Origin: an uncultured delta proteobacterium
Lineage (GTDB): Bacteria; Desulfobacterota; Binatia; Binatales; Binataceae
Reading direction: 5' to 3'
DNA length: 64,000 nt
NCBI GenBank assembly: GCA_963805315.1
Contig: CAWDTQ010000014.1
Span: 523,058 to 587,057 of the forward strand
Made by a program: the position numbers and the translations under genes. Shown piece by piece: positions 1-10,460 of this stretch (position 1 is the first letter of the stretch; every line of letters begins with the position of its first letter). Under the pieces are notes generated by a model. It saw nothing but the letters and a program-made list of their open reading frames with translations, was not told the origin of the DNA and did not search any database.

Positions 1-189
1 CCGCTGATCGATATTGCAATCTTCGTCGAAACTCCGCGCGACGAACGTCGAAAGCGGATGTTGGCGCGCGGGCACCTCGAAAGAGACCTTAACAACGATT
101 GGTTGACACCGTGGATGGCGGCGGAGGATTGGTACTTCGCCAACGTCCGGCCGTCTGAGCATGCCGACCTGGTCGTGGCGGGAATCTGA
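1..189 (+). CDS. 3' end of a CDS cut by the window edge; possibly a P-loop nucleoside/uridine-kinase-like protein
   Basis: Frame 1 is open from base 1 to TGA at 187-189 (PLIDIAIFVETPRDERRKRMLARG...ADLVVAGI*). Only 62 aa are visible, so the family call is weak. Confidence 0.3.
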   Translation, partial: PLIDIAIFVETPRDERRKRMLARGHLERDLNNDWLTPWMAAEDWYFANVRPSEHADLVVAGI

Positions 190-199
190 TCTGGAGAGT

Positions 200-1648
200 G
201 TGACTGTGAGTAACTTCGGGGCTGCCGTCTGCGAAACGTCTTTTCAGGAGCGACTCGACAGACTCCGCGCGAGTTATGCGAACCATGACGATTTGGTCCG
301 CGAGCTTGAGAGATTTGTGCGGACGGCGCCGGACGATCAGATCGTGCGCATCAATCCGATCCAGTATGCGGCCGATCACGGACGCGACGAGGCCCAGGTC
401 ATCGACCTGTTCCTGAATGCGCGCAAGGCGGGTCTGTTCATCATGGAGTGGCTTTACGTGTGCCGCAGTTGCGCGTCGATCATCGAAAGCTTTCAGGCGC
501 TGAACGCGGCGGGTGAGCACGCTTTCTGTAACACCTGCCTCGTCAACCGCGATGCGGACCTGAGTGATTTCGTCGAGGTCGGATTCACTGTCTCGCAAGC
601 GGTGCGCACGTCGCGGTTCCACGATCCCGAGAGCTTGAGCGCGAAGGAGCGGGCTATCGACTACAACATCTCTCCCAGTGCGCAGGCGAGGGACGGCACG
701 AAAGCGCGCGACTTCTATTGGCGCCACACCGTGTTCGTCAGCTATGTCGAACCCGGCGAAACCAGGAAGTTCCAAATCAACCTGGAGCCTGGATTTTTCG
801 CATTACGGTACGGTCCGGAGCTTACTGTGGATCCCTCATCGGACAATCGCGTTGAGCGCGTCGATATTATACATCGTGATGGCCGGCCGGCCGAGAAGAT
901 GCAGACCGTGGCGCCGGGATCGTTGACATACAATCTGACGAACGCCAGCCCCGCTCGCATCATCGCGTCCGCGATCAGCGTCAGTGAGGCAGAACGTACG
1001 TCCTTGAACGAGAAACCTCCGGGCTTCAAGCTGGGAGGCTTCCTGTCGGGCTCGCGACTCTTGTCGACGCAGACATTTCTGGATCTCTTCCCGTCGGAAA
1101 CAGTGATGAGCGCCGGCGGCCTGGCGGTCAAGCGCGTGGCGGTGCTGTTTACCGACATCAAGGGCTCGACCGCACTCTACGATCGTATCGGGGACATGAA
1201 GGCGTTCAACCTGGTGCGCCAGCATTTCGGCGTGTTGCGCGATGTGATTGCGGCGAACCACGGCGCGCTAGTCAAGACGATTGGCGATGCGGTCATGGCG
1301 AGCTTTCACGAACCGCTGAATGCCATTCGCGCCGCACTGGACATGCTCGCGCAGATCAGGCGCTTCAACGACAGCGCAGGCCAGGAACTGATCACGCTGA
1401 AAATTGGCGTGCATGTCGGGGAATGCCTTGCGGTGACGCTGAACGAGCGGCTCGACTATTTCGGGCGGACGGTCAACCTGGCGGCGCGCGTGCAGGGCCT
1501 GGCGACGGAGAACGAAATTTACCTGAGCGACGAGATGTACAACTTGCCCGGCGCCGCGGATTTGCTGGCGGCGATGAAATGTGACGCACGGACCGTCCAC
1601 GTCAAAGGCATCCAGCGCGAGATCGCCGTTCACGCATTGCGCGCCTGA
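200..1648 (+). CDS. Class III adenylate/guanylate cyclase with an N-terminal Cys-containing sensor-like domain (DUF5939-like)
   Basis: The C-terminal half carries cyclase motifs VAVLFTDIKGSTALYDRIGD, KTIGDAVMASF and GRTVNLAARVQGLA. The longest ORF starts at 161 but overlaps the upstream stop. GTG at 200 or 206 after GGAG (193-196) is the more likely start. Confidence 0.85.
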   Translation: MTVSNFGAAVCETSFQERLDRLRASYANHDDLVRELERFVRTAPDDQIVRINPIQYAADHGRDEAQVIDLFLNARKAGLFIMEWLYVCRSCASIIESFQALNAAGEHAFCNTCLVNRDADLSDFVEVGFTVSQAVRTSRFHDPESLSAKERAIDYNISPSAQARDGTKARDFYWRHTVFVSYVEPGETRKFQINLEPGFFALRYGPELTVDPSSDNRVERVDIIHRDGRPAEKMQTVAPGSLTYNLTNASPARIIASAISVSEAERTSLNEKPPGFKLGGFLSGSRLLSTQTFLDLFPSETVMSAGGLAVKRVAVLFTDIKGSTALYDRIGDMKAFNLVRQHFGVLRDVIAANHGALVKTIGDAVMASFHEPLNAIRAALDMLAQIRRFNDSAGQELITLKIGVHVGECLAVTLNERLDYFGRTVNLAARVQGLATENEIYLSDEMYNLPGAADLLAAMKCDARTVHVKGIQREIAVHALRA

Positions 1649-1711
1649 CATCAGCGCCCGACTCGACACTGCCGCTGCCGCAGGCTGGAGTCTTCCATGC
1701 CGGGAAATGGC

Positions 1712-4700
1712 CTAGGTGGCGATCGGCGGTCTGCGGCCGAGCGCCGAATAAAGATCCGCGACCGGCTGGGACGCGAGTAGCGCCTTCTTCAGGCCCGGTG
1801 TGTGGAGGTTGTTTGCAATCGCCTCGAGCGTCCGAAGCGCGCCCGTGAATTGCTCCTCCGCCTCCCGCTCTCTGCCTAGCTTAAGCAGAATCTGTCCGAG
1901 GGAGCATCTCGCCATCCAGACATCAGGCTGCGTTCCGATTCGCGCAGCTAGGGTGACCGACGATTCGAGGATTCTCGCCGCGTCTTCGAGCCGGCCATTG
2001 GCTGCCAGCACCATCCCCTGGAGCCGGCGGGCGCGCGCGATGTGCTTGCGGGAGTCGTGGTAGGTCGCCATCTCGAGCGACTCCGCCGCGAACTTGGTTG
2101 CGTCATCGAAGCGCCTCTCCGCCAGGGCCAACGCGCCGCGGGCACAGAGCAGCGGGATGTGCCAGCGCCACCGATACCAGGTGTCTTCCTCCAGCAAATT
2201 CCAGGCACGCTGCAGAAATTCCTCGGCCTTTCCGTGCTCGCCTTTTTCGAGGTGAGCCAGGCCGACTTTCAGTAACGAATGCCCGCGTGGCTCCGGCCAC
2301 GGCCACGCCGCTCGCGCGATCTCTTCAGCCTCAAGGTTGCGTTCCGCCGCAACATCCAGGTCGTAGAGTTCCAGATGCACTGCGCCGATCAAGTTGGGCG
2401 TGCGGGCGATCCAGAACTTGTCGCCGGCGGCGGAGCCATAGTCTCCCAAGCGCTGGTACCAGCGCAGCGCTTCCTCGTAGTTTCCCTGAGACAAGTGCGC
2501 GTTGCCCGTCAGGAAGACGCCGAAGCCATAGTGGAATCCCGAGTGAATCTTCTGGGCCAACTCGAGTCCTTCCTTGAGATGAGCCAGGCCTCGGTCAAAC
2601 TCGCCGCGCCACTGTAGTGCTCCGCCCAGGTACACCAGCGACCTGGCGAGCAACGGCTGGTTCTTGATCTCCTTGGACAGACGAAGAGCTTCTTCAGCGT
2701 CGGGTGTGGTCTCGACGATCTGACCCCACCCGGCTGTCCGGATCGCGACCCGGCTCGCGAGGCAAATTGCCTGATACTCGCGGTCGCCAAGTTCCCGCGC
2801 GATCGCGAGTGCCTGCTCGTTGTATTCGATCGGCCGGCTCTCCGCGATGCGAAAGGTCATAGGCCGCGCTGAGCCAGACCAAAGCTTCCATTTCGCGGCG
2901 TCGATCGCCCGCGCTGCGCGCCAGCTCCAACGCCTTCAAGTACTCCGCGGCTGCGTCGTCGTACTCGCTCAAGTTCAGCAGAATTTCGGCGTACTTGGAG
3001 TGGAGGGTCAGCAGAGCCTCCCAATCCGGAGGTGTGGAGAGCTTCGCCGCCGCGTCGAGCGCGCTGGCATAGTGCTTTTTCGCCTCTGCGTTCGCAAAGA
3101 CGTGCGCGGCCTGGTCTCCCGCGAGCGTGCCGTACTGCATCGCCTTTGCCCAATCCTCGCCGCGGGCGAAGTGATGCGCGAGTTCCCCGAAGTGCTCGGT
3201 CAGACGGTCGCGGTACAGCTCCTCGATTGCCTCGCCCACGGCCCGATGTAGGTCCTTGCGGCTCTGGACTAGCAGGCTGCTGTAGGCAACGTCCTGGATC
3301 ACCGCATGCTTGAAGATGTACCCCGGCTCGGCGAGCAGTCCCTGCTCGTAGATGATCTCCAGCGCTTTTAGTTCACCTAGCAGCCCCTCGAGCTTGCCGC
3401 TAAGTCCGGCGACCCGCTCGAGCAATCTCACGACGAATTGCCGGCCGATCACGGAGGCAAGCTGAACCATTCGCTTTCCATCGCCGCCGAGCCGATCGAG
3501 ACGCGCCATGATGATGCCCTGCATGGTGTCGGGCACGCTCAGATCTTCAAGGGCCCTGGTCACCCGGTAGTGCCCGTTCTCGCGCTCAAGAAAGCCGAGG
3601 TCAACCAGCGACTTGGTCATCTCCTCGACGAACAGCGGCACCCCTTCGGCCTTCTCCTCGAGCGCGATCTTTAATTCCTCGGGAAATTCCGTCGTCCCGA
3701 GCACGCGCGTCGCCATCTCCAGTGCTTGTGCTCCGGAAAGATGATGAAGATTTAGCGTGGTGTGAAAGCTTCGACCGGGAAATGGATGCATCTGCCCAAG
3801 GCGATGCGTCAATATCACCATCACGCGCGCGCCAGCGACCGAATCCATCGCGAAATCCAGGTATTCCCGCGTGCTGGTGTCGATCCAATGGAGATCCTCG
3901 AATACCAGCACCAGCGGCCTGAGCGACGCGCCGCGCAGCATCAGTGCGCGCAACGCATCGAACAACCGTTTTCGGCGCGCTGACGCATCCATGGCGGCCA
4001 CAGATGCATCGCCCGGGTCGGCGGAGAAAAGGTATCGCACGTATGACGTCTCGGCCTCGAGCCCGCCCATCGTGCGCATTCCCTGCTCGACTTTGGCGAT
4101 CAGTTCGGGCTCGCCATCGTCCTCGCGAACACCGAAAGTTTCATGCAGCTGATCGATCAGTGGCAGCATCGGGATGCTCTGGCCGAACGAGACGCATCGC
4201 CCTTCGAGCCAGGTGATTGGATCGCCGGCGGCCTCGAGCCGGCGGCGAAACTCGAGCAGGAGCCGCGACTTTCCAATCCCGGCCTCGCCCGCGATAAACA
4301 CGACCTGCCCGCGTCCGCCAAGGACTTCGCGAAAGAGATCCTGGAGGGCCGCAAGTTCCCTCTCCCGGCCGACCAGCGGAGTGAGCCCGCGCTCCGCGGT
4401 CACTTCCAGTCGCGTGCGTCGCGAGCGCGCCCCTGTCACTTCGAACGCGCGCACAGGGGCGTGACCTCTGATCTGCAGCTCGCCCAGGTCGACGGTGTCG
4501 AAGAACCCCTCGATCGCCCTGTGAGTCGCTTCACTGATTATTACGCTGGTCGGGCGAGCGGCGGACTGGAGCCGTGAGGCAAGATTGATCGTATCTCCAA
4601 TGGCAGTGTAGTCCATGCGCAAATCGTCGGTGATCCGGCCCACCACGACGATCCCCGTGTTGAGCGCGATTCGCATCTGCACGACCAGCCCGCTACTTTT

Positions 4701-5267
4701 CTCAAGATCCTTGCCGAATGAACCGAGCGCCCGTTGAATGGCCAGTGCCGCATGTACGGCGCGCCGCGGCGCGTCCTCGTGCGCGATCGGCGCTCCGAAC
4801 AACGCCATGAACCCGTCGCCGCCGTACTGGTTGATGGTGCCCTCGAAGCGGTGAATTTCGGCGGCGACCAGCTCGAAGCAGCGTTGAACGATACGATGGA
4901 CTTCTTCGGGATCGAGCTTCTCGCTGAGCGCCGTGAAGTTCGCGATATCCCCGAACAGGACCGTCACCTGCCGCCGCTCGCCTTCCAGCGCCGCGCGCCC
5001 GCTCAGAATCTTCTCGGCAAGATGACCGGGTACATCAGGAATGAACGCGCCGGCCGAAGGGCCCCGGGCTCCGCGCGGTTCTGAGTGTGAAGGTTCGGCA
5101 GAGGGAGCGGCGGGCGTTACAAGCTGGTTCCCGCACGCGCTGCAGAACCGCGCGCCGGCAGACACGGTCGCGCCGCAGCGCGGACATTTCAGTTCAAGCG
5201 GCGTTCCGCATTGCTCGCAAAACCGCGCGGCAGAGGGGTTGTCGAAGTTGCACGACGGGCACGTCAT
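1712..5267 (-). CDS. Double Zn-ribbon / class III nucleotidyl cyclase / P-loop STAND-like ATPase / TPR protein, split by a frameshift near 2855-2875 (ORFs 2694..5267 and 1712..2860)
   Basis: The N-terminus has CPSCNFDN..CEQCG and CPRCG..CSACG. The cyclase block is VTVLFGDIANFTALSE...YGGDGFMALFGAP. The Walker A motif is FIAGEAGIGKSRLL. TPR-like repeats continue seamlessly from ...EALVWLSAAY (frame 1) into TFRIAESRPIEYNEQALAIAREL (frame 2). Confidence 0.85.
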
Positions 5268-5604
5268 TGGATTACACAGTCCGCCGCTCAGAACCTATCG
5301 TCCCAAGTCTCGAAATCATAGTGCCATCCGACCGCGGCGCAATCTGAAATTCAAGACCGCTTCTACGACCGAAACCGCACGCGCCATTTGATTCAAGGAT
5401 CGAGATTCGCGATCCTGCGTGTGCACGCCGATGGCTACGTAAACCGATGTTGCGCGAAAGCGATACGGGCATATGGGCGACTGAAGCGCCTCAAAGATTT
5501 CTCGGCGCGGAGGTCGGCAGCCGCGAAATCCGTGCTGCCGGATGCCTACTCGTTCCTGTAGAATGGACACTACCCGCCGCGCAACCCGACATGGGAGCCG
5601 CAAC

Positions 5605-7128
5605 ATGGATAATCTGCTGACGATACAACGAACCCAGCCGGCGCCGCCGTGCACGGTTGTGATATTCGGCGCGTCGGGCGATCTCGCCAAGCGCAAGCTG
5701 ATTCCGGCGCTGTACAACCTGATCGCGTGCGGCAGGGGCGTGATGCCGAAGAAAAGCGCGGTGCTGGGATTTGCGCGGCGCGAAATGTCGCTCGACCAGT
5801 TCCGCAAAAGTGCGCACGATTGGACGGCCAGGTTCTCGCGCCTGAAAGTGGACGAGGGCTGCTGGGCAACCTTCGCCGATGGCCTCGACTATCTTTCCGG
5901 GCTCGACCATCCCGACGGTTTCGCAAAACTTAAAGCTAAACTTGAAGCTCTGGAAAAGGCCCGCGGCCTCCCGCCCAATCGCGTTTACTACCTGGCGATA
6001 CCGCCCGAAGCGATTGGCGATTCGGTCGAGCGGCTCAGCAAGGCGGGTCTTATCGCGGCGCCGGGCGCACCAAACTTCACGCGTGTCGTCGTCGAAAAAC
6101 CTATCGGCCACGACCTGCCGAGCGCGCTCGCGGTGAACAAGTTGCTGGTGAAGTATCTCGACGAGTCGCAGATTTTCCGCATCGATCATTACCTCGGCAA
6201 GGAGACCGTGCAGAACCTGCTGGCGCTGCGCTTCTCAAATAATATTTTCGAGCGACTGTGGGGCAGCCGCAACGTCGATCACGTGCAGATCACGGTGGCG
6301 GAGGTGGAAGGCGTCGGCACGCGCGCGATGTACTACGATCATTCGGGAGCGCTGCGCGACATGGTGCAGAACCACATCCTGCAAACGCTGTCGATGCTCA
6401 CGATGGAAGCGCCGGTGTCGCTCGACTCGTCGGCAATTCGCGACGCCAAGCTCAACGTGTTGCGCACGCTGCGCCCGATCACTCCGGCGGACGCGCGCGA
6501 GAATACCGTGCGGGCGCGCTACAGCGCGGGCGTCGACGAGAACGGCAAGCCGGCGCCCGCCTACATGGACGAACAGGGCATCGCGGACAACTCGAAAATC
6601 GAGACGTTCGTCGCGCTGAAGATGCACCTCGACAACTGGCGATGGTCGGGGGTGCCGTTTTTCATCCGTACCGGCAAGCGGATGAAGGCGCGCGCAAGTT
6701 CCATTTACGTGCAGTTCAAGGACGTGCCGCAAATTCTGTTCAATCGCGATTCGAAGGTTCCCGCCAACGCGCTGACGATTCGAATCCAGCCCGACGAAGG
6801 TTTTTCATTCGACGTGATGACCAAGCGGCCGGGGCTGGACCTCGTGCTGCAACCGGTGCGGATGAATCTCAGCTACAACGCCGCGTTCGGCGACGGCGCT
6901 TCGCCCGAAGGCTACGAGCGGCTGCTGCTCGACGTGATGGATGGCGACCATACGCTGTTCATCAGCGCGCAGTTCGTCGAGAAGTCGTGGGAGTTCGTGC
7001 AGGGAATCCTGGATTCGTGGAGCGACGCCGCGCGCGTGCCGATTGTCGAGTATCCGGCCGGGAGCTGGGGGCCGAAGGAAGCCGACGACTTGATTGGCTC
7101 GGTGGGCAGGGTGTGGCATGAACCGTAG
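5605..7128 (+). CDS. zwf: Glucose-6-phosphate 1-dehydrogenase
   Basis: Contains VVIFGASGDLAKRKLIPALYNL (NADP site) and the RIDHYLGKETVQNLLALRFSN signature. ATG 5605 is preceded by GGGAG (5593-5597). The longer ORF from 5542 is unlikely. Confidence 0.95.
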   Translation: MDNLLTIQRTQPAPPCTVVIFGASGDLAKRKLIPALYNLIACGRGVMPKKSAVLGFARREMSLDQFRKSAHDWTARFSRLKVDEGCWATFADGLDYLSGLDHPDGFAKLKAKLEALEKARGLPPNRVYYLAIPPEAIGDSVERLSKAGLIAAPGAPNFTRVVVEKPIGHDLPSALAVNKLLVKYLDESQIFRIDHYLGKETVQNLLALRFSNNIFERLWGSRNVDHVQITVAEVEGVGTRAMYYDHSGALRDMVQNHILQTLSMLTMEAPVSLDSSAIRDAKLNVLRTLRPITPADARENTVRARYSAGVDENGKPAPAYMDEQGIADNSKIETFVALKMHLDNWRWSGVPFFIRTGKRMKARASSIYVQFKDVPQILFNRDSKVPANALTIRIQPDEGFSFDVMTKRPGLDLVLQPVRMNLSYNAAFGDGASPEGYERLLLDVMDGDHTLFISAQFVEKSWEFVQGILDSWSDAARVPIVEYPAGSWGPKEADDLIGSVGRVWHEP

Positions 7129-7140
7129 AGAGGGTTTCTG

Positions 7141-7473
7141 ATGGCAAACGACGGATGCTGCAGTTCCGAAGCGCCGCTGGCGTGCGACCTCGACTCGATC
7201 GCCGCCGGCGATCGTCCGCGCTACAACGAATTGCGCCGGATGGTCGGCGCGGCGGTCGTCGGCAAGCGCGAACTGCCCGACGGCGTCGCACTGCAAATCT
7301 CGACTGAGCGCATCGCGCTCGCGCAGCTCGCGGAATGGATTTCGTTCGAGCGCAAGTGCTGCCCGTTTTTCGAGTTCAGAATCGACGTCGCGCCGAAGTC
7401 CGAGCCTGTGTGGCTGAGCCTGACGGGTCGCGAAGGCGTCAAGGAATTCTTGTCGCAAGCTTTCGCGCGGTAA
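7141..7473 (+). CDS. Hypothetical small Cys-containing protein (110 aa)
   Basis: An ATG follows GAGAGG. The composition is protein-like (..LAEWISFERKCCPFFEFRIDV..). The gene lies 12 nt downstream of zwf. No family was recognised. Confidence 0.5.
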   Translation: MANDGCCSSEAPLACDLDSIAAGDRPRYNELRRMVGAAVVGKRELPDGVALQISTERIALAQLAEWISFERKCCPFFEFRIDVAPKSEPVWLSLTGREGVKEFLSQAFAR

Positions 7474-7660
7474 CTTTCGCGCCCAGGCGCGCCCTCGCGC
7501 GGCGGGTAAGGGATCGCATCTTCGAGATTTCGGATGTGCGGCGCAACAGACAATCGCCCCGCACAGATGTCTTTCACCCTAACCCTCTCCCGACAAACGG
7601 GCGAGGGAACCAGAGGCGAAGTCCCGCGTCCCGCCGGGCAATGCCGATTTTCTTAATACT

Positions 7661-7677
7661 GGGTGCAGGGGTCACCC
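7661..7677 (+). repeat. Partial copy (first hairpin only) of an intergenic REP/MITE-like repeat, core GGGTGCAGGGGTCACCC
   Basis: This exact 17-mer is shared with 35089-35105 and 38062-38078, and in reverse complement with 62217-62233. The upstream flank cttaatact resembles the flank of the 62-kb copy. Confidence 0.7.
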
Positions 7678-7768
7678 CTACCTGACTGTGGCATAGCAAA
7701 CCGACCTCGGCTAACATCTTTCGGCCCGCGACTGGGAAACCATAATTCCACGAGGATCGGAGAGCTAC

Positions 7769-9082
7769 TTGGCCGACAACAACAAGGTCGTAATTATCGG
7801 CGCCAACGGCACGATGGGCGCGGGCGCCGGATGCGTGTTCGCGGGCGCGGGATACCACGTCACGATGCTGGCGCGGTCGCCCGGCAAAGCGGCTGAAGGA
7901 TTGGTCGATGCGCAGAACGATGCGCGTGCGGAAGCGATCGCCGAGCGCATTTCGCTCGGCGCGTACGACAGCGACCTCGGCCGCGCGGTTGGCGAGGCCG
8001 CATTTGTCTTCGAGTCGCTGGCCGAAGACCTGCCGCTGAAAAAACAATTCTTCGAGCTGATCGACAAAAGCCGGCGTCCAGACGCGATTGTTGCGACCGG
8101 CTCGTCGGGACTGTCGATCGCGGAGATGGCGCGCGGCCGCAGCGATTCATTCCGCCGCAATTTCCTCGGCGTCCACCTGTTCAATCCGCCGCACGTGATC
8201 GTCGGCACCGAAGTCATCCCGGGACCCGACACCGATCCCGCGGTCGTGAAGAACGTCGTGGCGATGCTGACGAAACGGCTCGGCCGCAAGGTGATCGTCA
8301 CCAGGGACATGCCCGCGTTCGTCGGCAATCGGGTCGGCTTCAAGGTCCTCAACGAGACTGCGCAACTCGCGGCCGAGCACGGCGTCGCGTTCATCGACTA
8401 TTTGATTGGCCCGCATACCGGGCGCGCGATGGCGCCGCTGGCGACCGTCGATCTCGTCGGCTGGGACGTGCACAAGGCGATCGTCGACAACGTGTACGCG
8501 AATTGTAAGGACGAGGCGCACGAATACTTCGCGATGCCCGCGTACATGAGCGCCGCGCTTCGCAACGGATGCCTCGGTGACAAGACGCCTGAGCGCGGCG
8601 GCTTCTATCGTCGCGCCGGCAAGGAAGTTTTCGTGCTCGATCCGGAAACGGGCGGGCACGAGAAGTTGCAGAAGCCGGCGCCGATCGAGTTCGTCGAAAA
8701 GATGAAACAGTTGCATCGCGTCGGGCGCTACTCGGATGCGTTGAACGTCCTCGCCGACGCGAAGGGCGCGGAGGCCGACCTATGCCGCCGCGTCGTGCTC
8801 GGCTACGTCAGCTACGCGCTCAACCGCGTCGGCGAAGTGGCGGCGAGTGCCGCCGACGTGGACACTATAATGTCGTATGGCTTTAATTGGGCGCCGCCAA
8901 CCGCGATCGTCGATTTGCTCGGCGCGAAGAACACCATCGCGATGCTGCAAAAGCTCAAACTGCCGGTGCCCGCGACGGTCGAGCAAGCCGCGTCGCGCGG
9001 TGCTAAAATGTTTGCGCGGCGGCGTCCTCGAATACGGCCGGACTTTTGTTGGATGATGAAATTCCTGCGTTGGATGGTTTAA
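7769..9082 (+). CDS. 3-hydroxyacyl-CoA dehydrogenase family protein
   Basis: The N-terminal Rossmann motif is VVIIGANGTMGAGAGCVFAGAGYHVTML, followed by the usual 3HCDH N- and C-domains. The TTG start follows GGAGAG. The last ~25 aa (..RRRPRIRPDFCWMMKF..) look non-native, so the 3' end may carry another indel. Confidence 0.8.
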   Translation: MADNNKVVIIGANGTMGAGAGCVFAGAGYHVTMLARSPGKAAEGLVDAQNDARAEAIAERISLGAYDSDLGRAVGEAAFVFESLAEDLPLKKQFFELIDKSRRPDAIVATGSSGLSIAEMARGRSDSFRRNFLGVHLFNPPHVIVGTEVIPGPDTDPAVVKNVVAMLTKRLGRKVIVTRDMPAFVGNRVGFKVLNETAQLAAEHGVAFIDYLIGPHTGRAMAPLATVDLVGWDVHKAIVDNVYANCKDEAHEYFAMPAYMSAALRNGCLGDKTPERGGFYRRAGKEVFVLDPETGGHEKLQKPAPIEFVEKMKQLHRVGRYSDALNVLADAKGAEADLCRRVVLGYVSYALNRVGEVAASAADVDTIMSYGFNWAPPTAIVDLLGAKNTIAMLQKLKLPVPATVEQAASRGAKMFARRRPRIRPDFCWMMKFLRWMV

Positions 9083-9125
9083 TTCTTCGTGGTATGATTA
9101 CGTTGGTAATCAATAGGAGGGCGCG

Positions 9126-10361
9126 ATGACGAAACCAGCGCCGGTGTACGTATTGGGCGGAGCGCAAACTGACTTTGCCCGCAATTGGTCGAAGGAAGGA
9201 AAGCATTTCGTGGCTATGATGCGCGAGGCGACTTTGGGCGCGCTCGAAGCTACGAAAATCGAGCCGCGCGAAGTTGAAACCGCGCACGTCGGCAACTTCG
9301 CCGCCGAGCTGTACGCCAAGCAGGGCCACATCGGCGCGTTTTTCGTCGAGATCGATCCCACTTTTTCCGGGCTGCCGACCAGCCGTCATGAGGCGGCGTG
9401 TGCGTCGGGCTCGATCGCGCTGATCGCGGCGTCGGCGGAGATCGAAGCGGCGCGCTACGACCTCGCGTGCGTGGTCGGCGTCGAGCAGATGAAGACCGTC
9501 GATTCCACCACCGGCGGCGACTACCTCGGCACCGCGGCGTGGTACGAACGCGAAGCGAAGGGAATCGAGTTCCCGTTTCCGAAACTGTTCGGCCGGCTCG
9601 GCGACGAGTACGACAAGCGCTTCGGCCTCAAGGACGAACACCTCGCGCACATTTCGGCGGTGAATTATTCCAACGCCAAGCGCAATCCGAACGCGCAGAC
9701 CCGCAACTGGTTCATGAGCGAGAGTCACGCGCAGCACGAAAGCAAGTTCAACCAGGTTATCGGCGGCCGCATCAAAGTTAGCGATTGCTCGCAGGTGACC
9801 GACGGCTCGGTCGCGATTTTCCTCGCGTCGGAAAAATTTGCGAGCGCGTGGGCCAAGCGCAATGGCAAGTCGCTCGCCGACATCCCGCGCATCCTCGGCT
9901 GGGGCCATCACACGGCGCCGCTCGAGTTCGACACCAAGGTGGCGGAGAGCCGCGACAACACTTACGTGCTGCCGCATACGCGACAGGCGATCGTCGACGC
10001 GTTCAAGCGCGCGGGCATCGCGGGCGTCGGCGAGTTGTCGGGAATCGAGACGCACGACTGCTTCACCACCTCGGAGTACATGGCGATCGATCATTTCGGA
10101 ATCACCAAGCCGGGCGAGTCGTGGAAGGCGGTCGAGGAAGGCGTGATCGAGCTCGGCGGCAAGTTGCCGATCAATCCGAGCGGCGGCCTGATTGGCGCGG
10201 GCCATCCGGTCGGCGCCACGGGAGTGCGCCAGATGCTCGATTGCCATCGGCAGATAACGCACAGCGCGGGCGAGTACCAGGTCGAGAACGCGAAGAAGTT
10301 TGCGATGCTGAACATCGGCGGCAGCGGCACGACCAGCTGCGTGTTTGTCGTCGGCAAGTAA
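9126..10361 (+). CDS. Thiolase-fold protein (acetyl-CoA acetyltransferase / SCP-x-type thiolase)
   Basis: The RBS is AGGAGG. Features include MTKPAPVYVLGGAQTDFARNW, an active-site-type AACASGS, and C-terminal GGLIGAGHPVGATG and NIGGSGTT. Confidence 0.9.
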   Translation: MTKPAPVYVLGGAQTDFARNWSKEGKHFVAMMREATLGALEATKIEPREVETAHVGNFAAELYAKQGHIGAFFVEIDPTFSGLPTSRHEAACASGSIALIAASAEIEAARYDLACVVGVEQMKTVDSTTGGDYLGTAAWYEREAKGIEFPFPKLFGRLGDEYDKRFGLKDEHLAHISAVNYSNAKRNPNAQTRNWFMSESHAQHESKFNQVIGGRIKVSDCSQVTDGSVAIFLASEKFASAWAKRNGKSLADIPRILGWGHHTAPLEFDTKVAESRDNTYVLPHTRQAIVDAFKRAGIAGVGELSGIETHDCFTTSEYMAIDHFGITKPGESWKAVEEGVIELGGKLPINPSGGLIGAGHPVGATGVRQMLDCHRQITHSAGEYQVENAKKFAMLNIGGSGTTSCVFVVGK

Positions 10362-10383
10362 TAGCGGCAATTTCGAGTTCTTC

Positions 10384-10422
10384 AAGCGGCGGTCCTCAAA
10401 GAGGGGTCGCCGCTTTTTTTTC
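10384..10422 (+). terminator. Rho-independent terminator after the thiolase gene
   Basis: A GC-rich hairpin aagcggcgg..(cctc aaa gagg)..tcgccgctt is followed by a run of 8-9 T. Confidence 0.75.
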
Positions 10423-10460
10423 TGATTGGCTCGCGCGCGCCGGCGCGGCACAATCGCCGA

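Noticed and set aside
5540-5570. Sigma70-like promoter (TAGAAT at ~5556-5561) for zwf
   Set aside because: The -35 element is poor and there is no independent support. It is too weak to list as a feature.
8990-9082. Possible additional frameshift at the 3' end of the hydroxyacyl-CoA dehydrogenase gene
   Set aside because: The terminal ~25 aa look non-native, and an alternative frame gives ...GGVLEYGRTFVG*. Without an alignment I cannot tell which end is real, so it is not counted among the supported frameshifts.
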